From NCBI GenBank assembly GCA_035221665.1, contig CM069132.1, positions 61,814,001 to 61,878,000 of the forward strand: a stretch of 64,000 nt of DNA. The letters run 5' to 3'. Both the position numbers and the translations under genes were made by a program. This DNA is from Okamejei kenojei (taxonomy: Eukaryota). Below are positions 1-11,561 of this stretch, one piece after another. The notes under the pieces were generated by a model, which saw only the letters and a list, made by a program, of their open reading frames with translations, did no database searches and was not told the origin of the DNA. The stretch's first letter is position 1. Each line of letters opens with the position of its first letter.

Positions 1-128
1 CTAAACCTCTTCTGAAATTCCATCTAATCTCTGATGCAAACTTTGATCTGATTTAATAGTAAGATTAAATGAGAACTTACCAAGTTCAAAGGTTGATCTT
101 TATTTTATGAGGAGTTGCGGTGAGGGAT

Positions 129-163
129 TTCGTGAAGATCCCGCCAGCACGCATGCGCGACAT
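129..163. repeat. DIRS inverted terminal repeat core (partner 5306-5340)
   Basis: TTCGTGAAGATCCCGCCAGCACGCATGCGCGACAT is the reverse complement of 5306-5340 with one mismatch. Confidence 0.92.
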
Positions 164-280
164 CCTTCAAAGCAGCGGTGTGGAATCACAGAACGCACCA
201 TGACTGAAAATAGTAAGATGAAGAACGTAGAACTTCCCAGTTGACCTTATGATAGAGGGTGGGAGCGGAGGGCCTAACCT

Positions 281-328
281 TAATCTTACTATTTTACTTC
301 GGAGTCACGCGAGTGACTTTGTGAAGAT
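281..328. repeat. DIRS internal complementary region (ICR)
   Basis: 281-293 is complementary to the left terminus (55-67 AATAGTAAGATTA). 290-327 is complementary to the right terminus (5331-5368). The two are joined through a shared AATA. Confidence 0.88.
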
Positions 329-497
329 TTCAAAGCTCTGTGATTTCACGCCCTGGACAACGTCCATGCAATCACACTGCCGCAATCCTGATGGAGGAAG
401 GCTGTTAATGCAGTTCTGTCGAAACAGGCTGAAAAATAATGCATATTTATTAACCAAATAATAATAAACAAATAACCCCTAATTCGGGGACAAACAT

Positions 498-1550
498 TCA
501 CTGAGCGGCTCCCAGCACAGCATCTGCGAATGTCGCGGGGGTGACCAGTGGTTTATTGTAGAACCTTTGGAAGGTTGCTTCACTGGCCCAGCTCGCGGTG
601 GTGAGGATGTGGTCCATGGGCATCTCCATGGCCCTCGCCGCTGATGTGGATGCAGCCCTAGTGGAATGAGATTTTAAAATGTTAGTAGCGACTCCTGCTG
701 CACCCAACACCGCCCTGAGCCACCTGGCGATAGTCTGTACAGTCACCCGGTGATGCGGAGGTTTGTGGCTGATGAGGAGCCCCTGCTCCTTCTTCCTGAT
801 GGTTCTTGTAATTCGGATGTAGTGGTGGAGATGGGTGACTATGCAGAGGGTCGCATCAGTAGGGTATGCCCGAGACTCCAACTGCAGCCCATGAGCCCCA
901 GGCCTGTGCTGCTTCAGTAAGTCCTGGACAAAAAAATTCACCTGTGTAGGGGTGGAGACCATGCTATCCAGCTGCAGCTTTTGTAATGCCTGGACTTATT
1001 GAGCCATCAGCATCACCACTTTGAGGGTGAGCTGTTTGAGTGGTAACTCGTTCATTGGAGACCAGCTCCTCAGTAGGGTCAGAACAATCCCTACATCCCA
1101 GCTGAAGGTGTATCTGGGCCGTGGAGGGTTGGTGTTAAACACTCCCCTCATGAATTTAGCCACCAGGTGGTTTGAGCCTATACCTATGTCCAGGTATGAG
1201 GATAGTGCACTCCTGGCGCTGTTGATGGCACTGTAGCTAAGGCCAGCATCAAAATGAAGGCCAGCTAGGAATTCCAGGACATCAGGGATTGTTGCCGTGT
1301 TGGTAGTCATGTTGGTACGAGAGCAGAATGCCTCCCACTTCCTGATCTGTGTGAGGTACTGCCTCCGGGTTGATTCTCGGCATGATGCTGAGATGAGTTC
1401 CATGGCTCGTGGTGAGATGCCCGCCTTGATGAGTGGTCTTTTTAGAACCTGCAGGCCAACAAGTTTAGGTGACCATGGCATGGGTGACTGTCCACCGTAA
1501 TGGGGTGTGTAATTAATTTGGGGTGTTTCCCAATCGGAAGCCATGGTCAT
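498..1550 (-). pseudogene. DIRS tyrosine recombinase, split by a stop at 996-998
   Basis: N-terminal 'LSYSAINSARSALS' binding domain; C-terminal HSTR (H-x-x-R) and W..EATFQRFY catalytic-Tyr motifs. The stop falls about where the first catalytic Arg is expected. Confidence 0.88.
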
Positions 1551-3448
1551 TTCAAAATTTTAAGGACCATCGGGTACCATAGCTGTGTAGGCCAGTCGGG
1601 AATGATCAATATGCCAGTTGCAGAGTCCAGTTTAATTTTCTGCAATACCCGACTGATGAGGCAAAATGGGGGAAATGTGTAGCAAAACCATTTCCCCCAA
1701 TGGATAGAAAACGCATCCATTGCTATTGCCCCAGGGTCTGGTTCCCAAGACACATACGTTGGTATCTGATGGTTCAACCTGGATGCAAAGAGGTCAATAT
1801 CTGGTGTCCCATAGTGAGCTATCATGTCTCCAAAAATTTGGGGGTTCAACATCCACTCGATGTTGTCATTGAATACTCGTGACCTGGTGTCCGCCACTGT
1901 ATTAAGCTTCCCTGGCAAATAGGTCGCTGTAACCCAAATATTTCTCTCGATGCACCAGTGCCAAATTGTGTTTGCCAATTCATCACAAGATAGCGACCTG
2001 ATACCACCCATATGATTGATATAAGCCACCACCGTTGTGTTATCTATTTGGAGGCGGACATGTAAGTCCCGTGAGTTAGTACAGTTAGCCCGCAGTCCAT
2101 GAAAAGCCCCTAAGATCTCAATATAATTGATCCCTTGTGACTGAAGGTGGATAGATTCTTAAGAGTCCCATCTGCCACCACAACTGGACATGGTGTCAGG
2201 TGCACTCCAGCCTTGTGCGCTTGCGTCAGTCTGTAGCACGACGGATGGGTTGCTTACTATGATGGGTCTGTGACACTCGCTAATATTGTCAATCCACCTT
2301 TGTAGCTTGGCTAGCCTTTGGTGGTAATCGGAGTGGTCGATCAAAGTGCCCAGCATTTGCTTTTAATGCTGCGATCTTCGTTCTTTGTAAATTTTGGTAA
2401 CGTAATGGGCCGAATTGCACAGCTGAGAATGTAGCTACCAGTTTCCCTATTACTTTTGCCGTTTGCCGGATGGTCGGTACCCTGGCGCAAACAAGGCTGT
2501 GGCACGCTTCTTTTATAGCTATAGCTTTGTTGGTTGGGATGGTGATCATCATTAAGGTTGTGTCTAGGGTGAACCCCAAATAATCCATAATTGGAGAGGG
2601 GTGCAGTTTAGACTTGTCTGGATGGATTACAAATCCTAGCTTCTCGAATAAAGGTTTAGTCGCTGTAACCGCCCGCGTGGCCAATTGGAGGTTCTGACCC
2701 ACAATAAGGATATCATTTAAATATGCCATGACAATGTAATTTTGTTGTCGGAGGAGGGCCAATATAGGTTTCACTAATTTAGTAAATAGTCTGGGGGCTG
2801 TGGTGAGACCATTGGCAATGCTTTGTATTCCCACAACTGTTCCTTCCAGACAAATTTCAGAAACTTTCTGTGAGATTCAGTGATGGGCATTGTATAGTAT
2901 GCACCTTTTAAATCGATGCAGGCCATAAAGTACCCCGGGTAAAGCATCTGCATGGCTGTTTCAAAGGTATCCATTTTAAAGTGGGTATATTGTACAAAAG
3001 TGTTCAGCTCAGTTAGGTCTATAATAACTCGGCACCCCTCATCATTTTTGGTTTTGGTGAAGATGTTGGACACAAACTCAAGGGGTTCATGCGTTGCTTT
3101 CCCAATCACCCCTTTTTCGGCAAGCCGTAAAATTTTGGCATGTCCTGCTTCAACCTCTTTTTGAGAGAGTGTAAATTTTCGATGAGGCGAATGCTGGGTA
3201 GGGGAATTTTGACCAACAATGAATTCTATGACATAACCTTGAACACTTTGTAAAATAAACTCGTCAGTGGTGATAGTGTCCCAAATTTCCCAAAAGGCCT
3301 GCAACCGTCCACCAATTTGTGCAGGAAGGGATGCTACTGTCCGAGATGAACCAGGCCCCTTTACCTCCATGGTTAACGGCGGGTCCTGGCGTATGGCGCT
3401 TTGGGAGGACGTTGTGGAGGTTGTCGGGATGGCGGCCGCATCTTCCAT
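1547..3448 (-). pseudogene. DIRS pol: reverse transcriptase, RNase H and DNA adenine-methyltransferase-like domain (frameshifted)
   Basis: RT motifs RVIIDL..LN, IDLKGAY, APRLFTK, YLND (from YLDD), YLGF; RNase H TDAS..GW and VAYINHMGG; MT-like DLFAS...FPPF; spread over ORFs 2774-3448, 2289-2834, 2159-2356 and 1547-2032. Confidence 0.9.
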
Positions 3449-3514
3449 GCAGGCCGCTGTTGGCCTTGCCCTAAAAACGGCCGCTGTGGTTGGGGAAGTG
3501 GAGGGGGATAGGTT

Positions 3515-5200
3515 CTATCCGTGCCACAGCGTCCTATCCGTCTGACGTGGTTTCCAGTTGGTGTATGGTTGTTGCCGGTGGTATGGCTGGGGTCTAGTCG
3601 TAGGAGGTTTCATAAGGCCCGCTGTTTTGGCCTCCTCGTCTAGTTCCTTCACTTGTTTGGATAGATCTGTTCCAAACAGTTGATGAGGCGGTGGAGCGGT
3701 AGATGGACGGCACAACCCTGCAAATTTGGGGTTGAGAGTGGGCTTTATGGAGCTCTTGCGCAGGCAGTTGATTTCGTACTAGGCGTTGCATAAGAGTGAC
3801 AGAGCATCCTGTTGCTCGCTGGACACAATGTCCCCATCAAGGGGCCTAGCATACGCCGTTATGCCCGTGGAGAGGACCTTCAGGATACGCTGGAGGCGGA
3901 CATCCTGCATCTTGGTGGCCGTGCTCAAATGTCCCCAGATCTGAGCATTGACCAGGGGAACACTGAGGTTGATGCAGTTCTCAGGTGGTTTTATTTTCTC
4001 CATTGCCTCATTGAGTACCTGACCCTGAAGTTGGTGAGTGGTCAGGTAATCAATGGTGCCCGCCAGTTTGTGGTGCAGGGGTTCCCCTGTTTGTGTGGTC
4101 GTGGCAAACTTGCCCACCACGTCCAGCATATCCTCCTCGTGCTCTGGTTCTGCGGTCTCCGGCAGTCCCGGACCGTCTTCGAAAACAGCGGCCGGGCAAC
4201 TGCCGGCACTTCTGGCTGGTGAAGACGAGAGACTGAGTGGACTCCTGGTGCGGCTTGTGAATGCCCGCGAGTCCCGTTCATCCCGGTCCCTGTCCCGCTG
4301 GAGGAGTTGTTCCACTAAGAGCTCCAACCGCTCTATGCGACCGTCCCTGCTATGTGCAGCGGACAAGCCGACTTCCCCAGGTCATGCGATTTCACTGGGG
4401 CTTCCACCATCGGACCACACCTCCGTAAGGTGCTGACTAGGGTCCGCTGGCAGGTCGTCGTTTGAGCCTACAACCGCCCAAGTAGGCTCATACGACTCCC
4501 GCACGGACTCTCCGCTAGTCTGTCTTCTCGCAGACTGTGGCGGCCCACCTGTCTGGTACGAAGGCGGGTGAGTTGTATCGGCGCCGGCCCCCGGAACCTG
4601 GCTCCCCGGAGTCCGTGCAGGCTTACCTCCACTGTCGCCCAATAATCGGCATGGAGGCGCATGGTCGGCCGCTCCCAGAGCTAAGCTGACCGACCGTCTA
4701 CTGCTGCCACCAACGCCCTTGACCACAGCCTGACGAGAAGTTTTGCCGGCAGCACCTGCACCTGCAGGCCTGCTCGACGCAGCAGTAGTTCTGCCAGACT
4801 GCCCTATGACAGATATCTCTGGCAGTTGTACGTGGCGGCGTGCAGCTGCAGGACTCCCCTGCAGCGCAGCTGTCCCCCGGCCCAGTCCCCGTGGGTCTGC
4901 TGGAACTCGGGGTGAGGTTGCTGGTGACAAGCGAGGCTCCTTCCCACGTACCTGTTTGCCCCCCCTCTTCCTGGGGGATGGGGGCTCGAAGTCTGGGTCA
5001 GCAGGCTCCAGCTCCGGTGCGGTGAACCATTCAGGTGATGAGTCGGGCGCTGGTGTAACGGGAGCTCCTGACTTCCGCATTCTTACCCCCACACGTCCCG
5101 AAGCTGCCGGTGGTGCTTGCAGCTCCGGTGACAAAGGCCGCTGGCTGGTCGATGCCCCGCGGCTCCTGGAGAGCGTTGCCTTCCGTTTCCCTTTCTCCAT
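3515..5200 (-). pseudogene. DIRS ORF1 (gag-like), broken by stops
   Basis: Consecutive minus ORFs 4382-5200, 3779-4366 and 3515-3715 lie upstream of RT; includes DIRS ORF1-like 'PENC..L.VP.VN..IW' and 'LFG.DL'. Confidence 0.7.
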
Positions 5201-5489
5201 CCTGTAGGAGTAAGTTTCTACTTACCTGACGGTCCTTATGAAGGAGCTGGTGGAGAGAGCGCACTGCCCCCCCCCCAGCTTGTCGGTGCTAATGCGCGCG
5301 ACGATATGTCGCGCATGCGTGCTGGCGGGGTCTTCACGAAGTCACTATTGTGACTCCAAAGTAAAATACAACATTTGTGCCATGTTTGATTTCACGATGA
5401 GTACCAAACTTCCATGCAGTCGCTTGGAATGCATATTTTCACCTTTGCTACATCGCACGTTCCCACGCTTATCCAATTTTCACTGCTGC

Positions 5490-5790
5490 TGAAATATTCA
5501 TCGTGTCCTTTGCCACTTCAAGAATTGACTACTCCAATACATTCTTGTTGGTCTTCTCCATGACATATCCATAATTTTAGGCACAACTGAGATTCTATAT
5601 TTTATGTCCTGACACACACCCATCATTCCACTACTCTCTGATTTACATTAGTCTTTTTAAACTTCTCATTCCACGTTCCATTCTCTTCATAGCCTCATCC
5701 CTCTCTATCCCTGAAGATCATTCCTAGACCCATTCAAGATATCTGTGCTCCTCCAAAATTCCTCTTGCAAATTCTCATTTTAATTTAATC
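5490..5790 (+). mobile_element. Old L2-like LINE remnant
   Basis: AGAATTGACTACTCCAATACATTCTTGTTGGTCTT resembles the L2 RT C-terminal 'RLDYSNALLAGL' segment. Confidence 0.45.
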
Positions 5791-6529
5791 ACAATAGGTA
5801 ATTTTGCTTTCATTGCCAGTGTTCAGTCCTCCCCAAAACTCTTCACATCTCCACTTTCTTCCATGCTTTCTAATATTCATATCACTTACCTGGATTTTGG
5901 TCATATGCTTTAATATCTTCATTTGCAATTCAATGAAAAACTTTGAATAGCTATTCATCTGTGAAAGACCATGTAACATTTCGGAATGCAGTTTATGACT
6001 GCAGACTGCTGTTGATTTTTATCTCCCAACACTGTACCTGAAGCCATGCTCATTTTTATTTCTGGCAATCACTCTATCACATTATTACTGATGTACTCCA
6101 GGTGATTTTCCTGATCATATTCCAGGTGATGCATCAGACGATTCCCATACTAGAGCCTATATGGTCTCCCATCTTAATGCATAATTATATACCCCATTTG
6201 AGACACAGTTTGAAGTGTCTTAGAGAAGCAAAACAATTATTGATCCAGTCAAAGCACCAACAATTTACAAGCTATATTTTAGATAATGACATTACATAAA
6301 ATTGGCCTTAAGTTTGCAAGTTGCTAGTGTTCATCACTGACATGCAAGAAAATATATATTCTGTCATTATTTTCATGTCCCATTGAAAACATGCAATGCT
6401 GGCCCTAGTCTCAGTAACTTTTACCTGCAGGGTACCACGATCTTACCATTTGTTCAAAAAATGAAAACAACTAAAATGGTCAAAATCATACAATTAACAC
6501 AATTGGACAATTAAGAAATTTAAAAAAAA

Positions 6530-7235
6530 CAGAGACACAAGAAAGTGCAGACTGTGGATTCGAGTGCTGGAGGAACTCAGCAGGTCAGGCAGCATCCATG
6601 GAGAGAACCTACCGATGATGTGTCAGGTTTAGACCCTTCTTCAGCAGGAGGGAGAAAGCTGGAAAAGAGCAGTGGAGGTTCAACAAAGCCTGGCAAGTGC
6701 GAGGCAGAGATAAAAGGAGCTGCAGTTGCTAGCATAATGAGCAATACACAAAGTGTTGGAGTAACTCGGAGGACCAGGCAGCATCTGTGGAAGGAATGAT
6801 CAGGTCACAATTTGGGTCGGCCCATTTTCAGGATAATACAGGTGAGCAGGATTGATTGGCAGATGGGTGGAGTAAATGACAAAAGCAAGAGATGAAAAGG
6901 AGACAAAAATGTGTCAGGTATAGAAAGAAGAGAAGGGATGCAATGTAAAGCTGTGGGAAAGATTAAGGGAGGAAGAGGTGGGGAGGGTAAAGGGAGGGGA
7001 TAAGAAATGTGGGACTCAGAGATAGAAGCGGAGTACAGAGGAGAAGAAAGGAGCAGGGTGACCAGGATGATGGGGTGGGAGAAATAGATGCACATGAAGG
7101 TGGGGGGGGGGGGGGGGGAGGGAAATTGGAGGAGATTAGCGAGTGTGGAGGAGAGATTGTTACTTGAAAATGGAGAATTCAATTTTCATACTGCTGACTT
7201 ATAAAGTACACAGGAGGAAGATGAGGTGCTGTTCT
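6530..7235 (-). mobile_element. Penelope-like element 3' remnant with pseudo-LTR copies
   Basis: GCTGGAGGAACTCAGCAGGTCAGGCAGCATC pLTR motif twice, a purine-rich spacer, and the end of the endonuclease region near 7165-7235. Confidence 0.55.
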
Positions 7236-7790
7236 GAAACCAGTGCTGCTCAGGTTCGGCACAAATTGTTCACCCAGCATAAATGCCAGAGAATTGTGTC
7301 AACCTTGTCCTTTGATGGAGGAGTCCAGCATTGGAATGTGGACAAGAAACCATTGGAATTTTTCTGCCGAAATGTTCAGGTCTTCCATGGTTACTTCACC
7401 AGCACAGCTTTTCCTATTATTCCGCTCATCTTTTCCAGTTCAAAAGAATACATCTAGGCATGATCATGGGTTATGTAGGACAATATTGTTTCAGTTCTAT
7501 TCAGAGCCCACTCTCCCCAATTATTTTCCAAGTACTTTCTGGTACATTATGCATGCAAGTTAAACAGGCAAGGAAAGCAATTTTCTTTCCCTGAAGGACT
7601 GAAACAAATTATGCAGTTCAGGTAGAATCAGTGTGGAGGGAAACAGCATTAATGAATTTAAAATAGAAGCTCCAAAGAAGCACTTAGCAGGCCATGCAAC
7701 ATCTGTAGAAAGATCAACAGATAAACAGTTAGTCTCAAACATTAACTCTACACTATTCCTCTTTCTACACAATCTACCTGACTTGCTCAG

Positions 7791-8010
7791 CGCAGAGGGA
7801 GAACAAGGAGGGAAGAGACAAAGACTAAGACTTTTGCCTTCCATCACAGTGAGGAGGTGTTTGGTGAACTCACTGTGGTGGATGTTAATTTTGTGTTTAT
7901 TGTGTGTTTTTGTTACTTTTATTATATGTATGACTGCAGGCACGAAATTTCGTTCAGACCGAAAGGTCTGAATGACAATAAAGGTAATCTAATCTAATCT
8001 AATCTAATCT
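7791..8010 (+). mobile_element. Young 5'-truncated non-LTR retroelement 3' end with (TAATC)n tail
   Basis: Stem-loop TTCAGACC-GAAA-GGTCTGAA (7953-7972), then TGACAATAAAG and a (TAATC)5 tail; flanked by near-duplicated TGCTCAG/TGCTGAG. Confidence 0.6.
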
Positions 8011-8339
8011 TGCTGAGTATTTACATTATTTTCTATACTTATCTCCTTGGTTCGCAGCAATTTTGTTTTGATTATCAACAGAATAAATGATTTTTGTTGA
8101 TGACCTTTCAAAAGAAGATCTAATTAATAACCGAGGTCTCTGTTTACTACTCTGTTAACATATCATTGTTTCCTTCCAAGTAGGTTGGTTGGAAAGTGGC
8201 TTTGATGTGGAATGTTGGGAGGAACTGCAGGTGCTGGTTTAATCCGAAGGCAGACACAAAAAGCTAGATTAATTCAATGGGTCAAGCAACATCTCTGGAG
8301 ATAAAGAATAGGTGATGTTTCGGGTCAAGTCATTAAGCT

Positions 8340-8560
8340 GAAAAGGGGCCTCTCCCTCAATGTCAGCAAAAGGGAGGAATTAGTCATTGATTTCAGGAAA
8401 TGAGGTAGAGTACACAATTCAGTGAGCATCAATGGTGCTAAAGTGGAGATGGTCAAAGCTTCATTTCCTGGATGTAAAGATCACCACCAATTTGTCCTGG
8501 TTCAACCATATTGATGCTATGACCAAGAAAGCCCATTGCCACCTACTTCCGCAGAAGACT
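8340..8560 (+). mobile_element. Rex-Babar-like LINE RT remnant
   Basis: Translates to 'NVSK.EELVIDFRK' and 'FLDVKITTNLSWFNHIDAMTKKAH'. Confidence 0.6.
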
Positions 8561-9070
8561 AAGGTTTCTACAAATGAACCATGGAAAACATCCAATAATC
8601 ATACATCATCCCAGCCACACTGGTGGCTGGGATGATGTCTGGTGCTTCTACAGGGGATGCTGCTCTGGATTGCTTTACTCCATTTCCTTTTCCAACATCT
8701 GCCTCAGCCCACATGCTCCTCACAATAACCTGCTGATGCTTTCAACCCCAGCTTCTTTCTTCCTCTCTCCCTCCCTCAACAAGTTAAGCAGAATATACCC
8801 ACAATTAAAGATGTCATCACTTGATCTAATGGTCACCAGTTCTAGCTCAGCTATTGACCATCCAGTCTTTACAGTGCAGTGCGAGACAAGTCCAGCAGGG
8901 GTTCAACCACTGCAATGATCAATGTGCACATCAATGTGGATATTTTAGCAAATGGGTGGAAAATGCATGTTTTTATTGTGCTTGCTCCACAAAGATAGGA
9001 ATTCCTGGCACACAAACTGCATATGGTGACGCACCGGGTTTCACAACAGGATATGGAACAGAAAGACCAG

Positions 9071-9234
9071 GACAGATACAAAAAGCTGGAGTACTTCGGC
9101 GGGTCAGACAGTATCTCTGGAGGAAAGGAATAGGTAATGTTTCGAGACAAGACCCTTCTTCAGATCCGAAACATCACCTCTTCCTTTTTTCCAGGAATGC
9201 CGCATGACCCGCATTCCAGCTTTTTGTGTCTGTC
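9071..9234. mobile_element. Palindromic (head-to-head) Penelope pLTR-derived element
   Basis: GACAGATACAAAAAGCTGGA at the start pairs with TCCAGCTTTTTGTGTCTGTC at the end; the arms meet at CCCTTCTTCAGA/CCGAAAC. Confidence 0.65.
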
Positions 9235-9863
9235 ATCAGCTTTGCTACGGAAGTGGATTTCTTTTGAAATTCAGTTGGAGGTACAGACAAAATTGGAAGT
9301 ATTGAATTGCATGAAGCATAATCTTGAAATAATGAATGTAGATGGAGGCAGTTTCATCCTCCAGCACTGTCAAGTGATAAGGCCATATACTTTTCACAGT
9401 TTGTATTATGGTTCATTTGTGCTACCTTATTTTATACTCAAAGATCAAAATTGTATCAAATCTCTTGCGACATTTGTAATGAAAACTAGCTGTGAAAAGA
9501 GCTCAAGAGAACATTTAATACAAATCTCATGGATAGAAATGCTGATATTTCTATTCATTCTGAAAAAGCAATTCCTTTAAGGCTAATTTAACCACTGATT
9601 GGCCCTGATATTAGGTATGGGGTTCCAAAGAGCGATGGTTAGTGGCTGGGAGAGGGTTGGGCTGGTGCATGAATTGTAGATTCGAATCTTTGAATTTAAG
9701 TCGATTCTTCACCTGATATGGAAGTTGGGACAATGAACATCAACTTAATACAACCAAATTGTCTCTTTATATAGGCAAAACAAAAGGAAAAGATTTAATA
9801 AGAGAGAATGAGAGGTATTTATCATTGATACAGGATGATCAAAACCAATATCCAGATTTAATA

Positions 9864-9990
9864 GTCTGAAGAAGTGTCTCGATTCAAAACGTCACCCATT
9901 CCTTTTCTCCAGAGATGCTGCCTGACCTGCTGAGTTATTCCAACATTTTGTGTCTATCTTCAGTGTAAACCAGCATCTGCAGTTTCCTAC
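9864..9990 (+). mobile_element. Solo pLTR-type repeat with decayed hammerhead core
   Basis: CTGAAGAAGTGTCTCGATTCAAAACGTCACCCATTCC...GAGATGCTGCC...TTTTGTGTCTATCTTC. Confidence 0.6.
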
Positions 9991-10987
9991 GTATCAAGAT
10001 TTAATAATATTTCCCATGACCAGAAGACACAGGCGCAGAATTAAGCCCTTCAGCCCACCATCCACTCTGCCATTCAATCATCTATTTTTCCACTTTCCCT
10101 CTCATCCCCATTGTCCTCGACTTACCTTGACTTACTGCGGGGGAAGACAATTTTCTCCAGAATTGGGAGGACGAAATTTGCGTTCTCATCAAAATAATGG
10201 AAAGTAGCAGAGGAGGTGAGCAGCAGAAATATTCTAACTGTATCCTGAACGCAGGCAGGTAACTGGCAGAGCAGGAATAGCGCATTAATTTGTATATATA
10301 TGGATCTCCATCCTCCCTGCAGTCTTTCTTGGGAGTTTGCCCCACCATCATGCACAAACGTAGACAACACACATATACTTTGTCACAGATTTTAAAATAT
10401 AATTGTTATCTTGCTGACTTTATTTCATTATTGAATAAACCTGGAAGATTGTTTTAATTGAGCTATCACGATCTTTGCATCTTTGACAATGTCAGCAATT
10501 ATTGGCCCTCTGATTGTCCTTGAGACCATGATGGTGAGGCACCTTTGTGAAGCATTACAGTCCTGATGAAGGTAGCCTCCACAATACTATTGAGAAGGGA
10601 GTTCCAGGATTTAGATCTAGTGACGACAAATGAATTGCAATGTATTTCCAACTCAAATGGTGCATAACTTGCATTCTGTAATATTCCCATGCATCTGAAG
10701 ACCTTGTCCTTTTTGTAGCTGGAAGTGAGGTATATTTTATAAATGATACACACTGCATTCATGGTGGAGGGAAATAATTTTAAGGGTGTTTGATGGAGCA
10801 CAAACAAGCAGAATATTTTATTCTGGTTAGCATTGATGGTATTTCAACAAACTCCTGACATAAGCAATGTAAGTGGTGGAAAGACTTTGAGGAGACAAAT
10901 CACTTGCTGCACCATACCCAGCCTTCTTGTAGATGTAGTATTTTTGTGGTTGGCCCATTTGAGTTTTTGGTCATGTTGCTCTCTGTT

Positions 10988-11305
10988 TGGCAGGTAGAGC
11001 AGCCACCTCACAGTTTCTGTAATCCAAGTTTGATCCTGATCTTCAGGGAAGTTTGCATGTTCCCGCTGTGACTACATGGTGTCGTCTGGTTTCTTCCCAC
11101 AGGCTAAAGACAGTGAGTTTGTAATTAAATGACCACTGTAAATTATGTCTTGTAAGTAGCAGAGTGGTGGAAGCTGGGGAGAGTTGATGAGAATGCAGAG
11201 AGAATAAAATGGAGCTTGTGCAGGATTTGTGTAAATAGGTGCTTTGTGAACAGTGCAGATTTGTTGGGCTGAAGGGGCAGTTTCTGTGCAGTATGATTCA
11301 TTGAC
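10988..11305 (+). mobile_element. tRNA-derived V-SINE-like element (decayed)
   Basis: Decayed A/B-box head, GAAGTTTGCATGTTC V-domain-like core, and CR1-like tail GGGCTGAAGGGGCAGTTTCTGTGCAGTATGA. Confidence 0.5.
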
Positions 11306-11561
11306 TCTCTCAGAATGTTGATGGGAGCTCGATGACAGTAATATCATTCAATGTCAAGAGTAGGTGGTTCAATTTGTTGAGATGGTCAATTTTTGGTATT
11401 TTTGTAATATTTGTATCATTACCCACGTATTACTCTTTGCCTAATTGTGTCCCAGAACTTGGGCTGCTTCATTTGTAGATCATTATAGATCATCAGTGAA
11501 TATTCCCACTTCTGACATGATAGAAGGAAAGTGATTGACTAAGCTGTTGAAGATTGATGAA

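Larger units (their letters stand above)
55..5368 (-). mobile_element. Full-length DIRS1-type tyrosine-recombinase retrotransposon (decayed ORFs)
   Basis: Minus-strand gag-like, RT/RNaseH/methyltransferase and YR frames in DIRS order; inverted terminal repeats (129-163 vs 5306-5340); internal complementary region at 281-328; AATA at both termini (55-58, 5365-5368). Confidence 0.93.

Noticed and set aside
498-2032. Phage integrase plus Dam methylase as prophage or bacterial contamination
   Set aside because: These are the standard YR and MT domains of a DIRS retrotransposon with ITRs and ICR.
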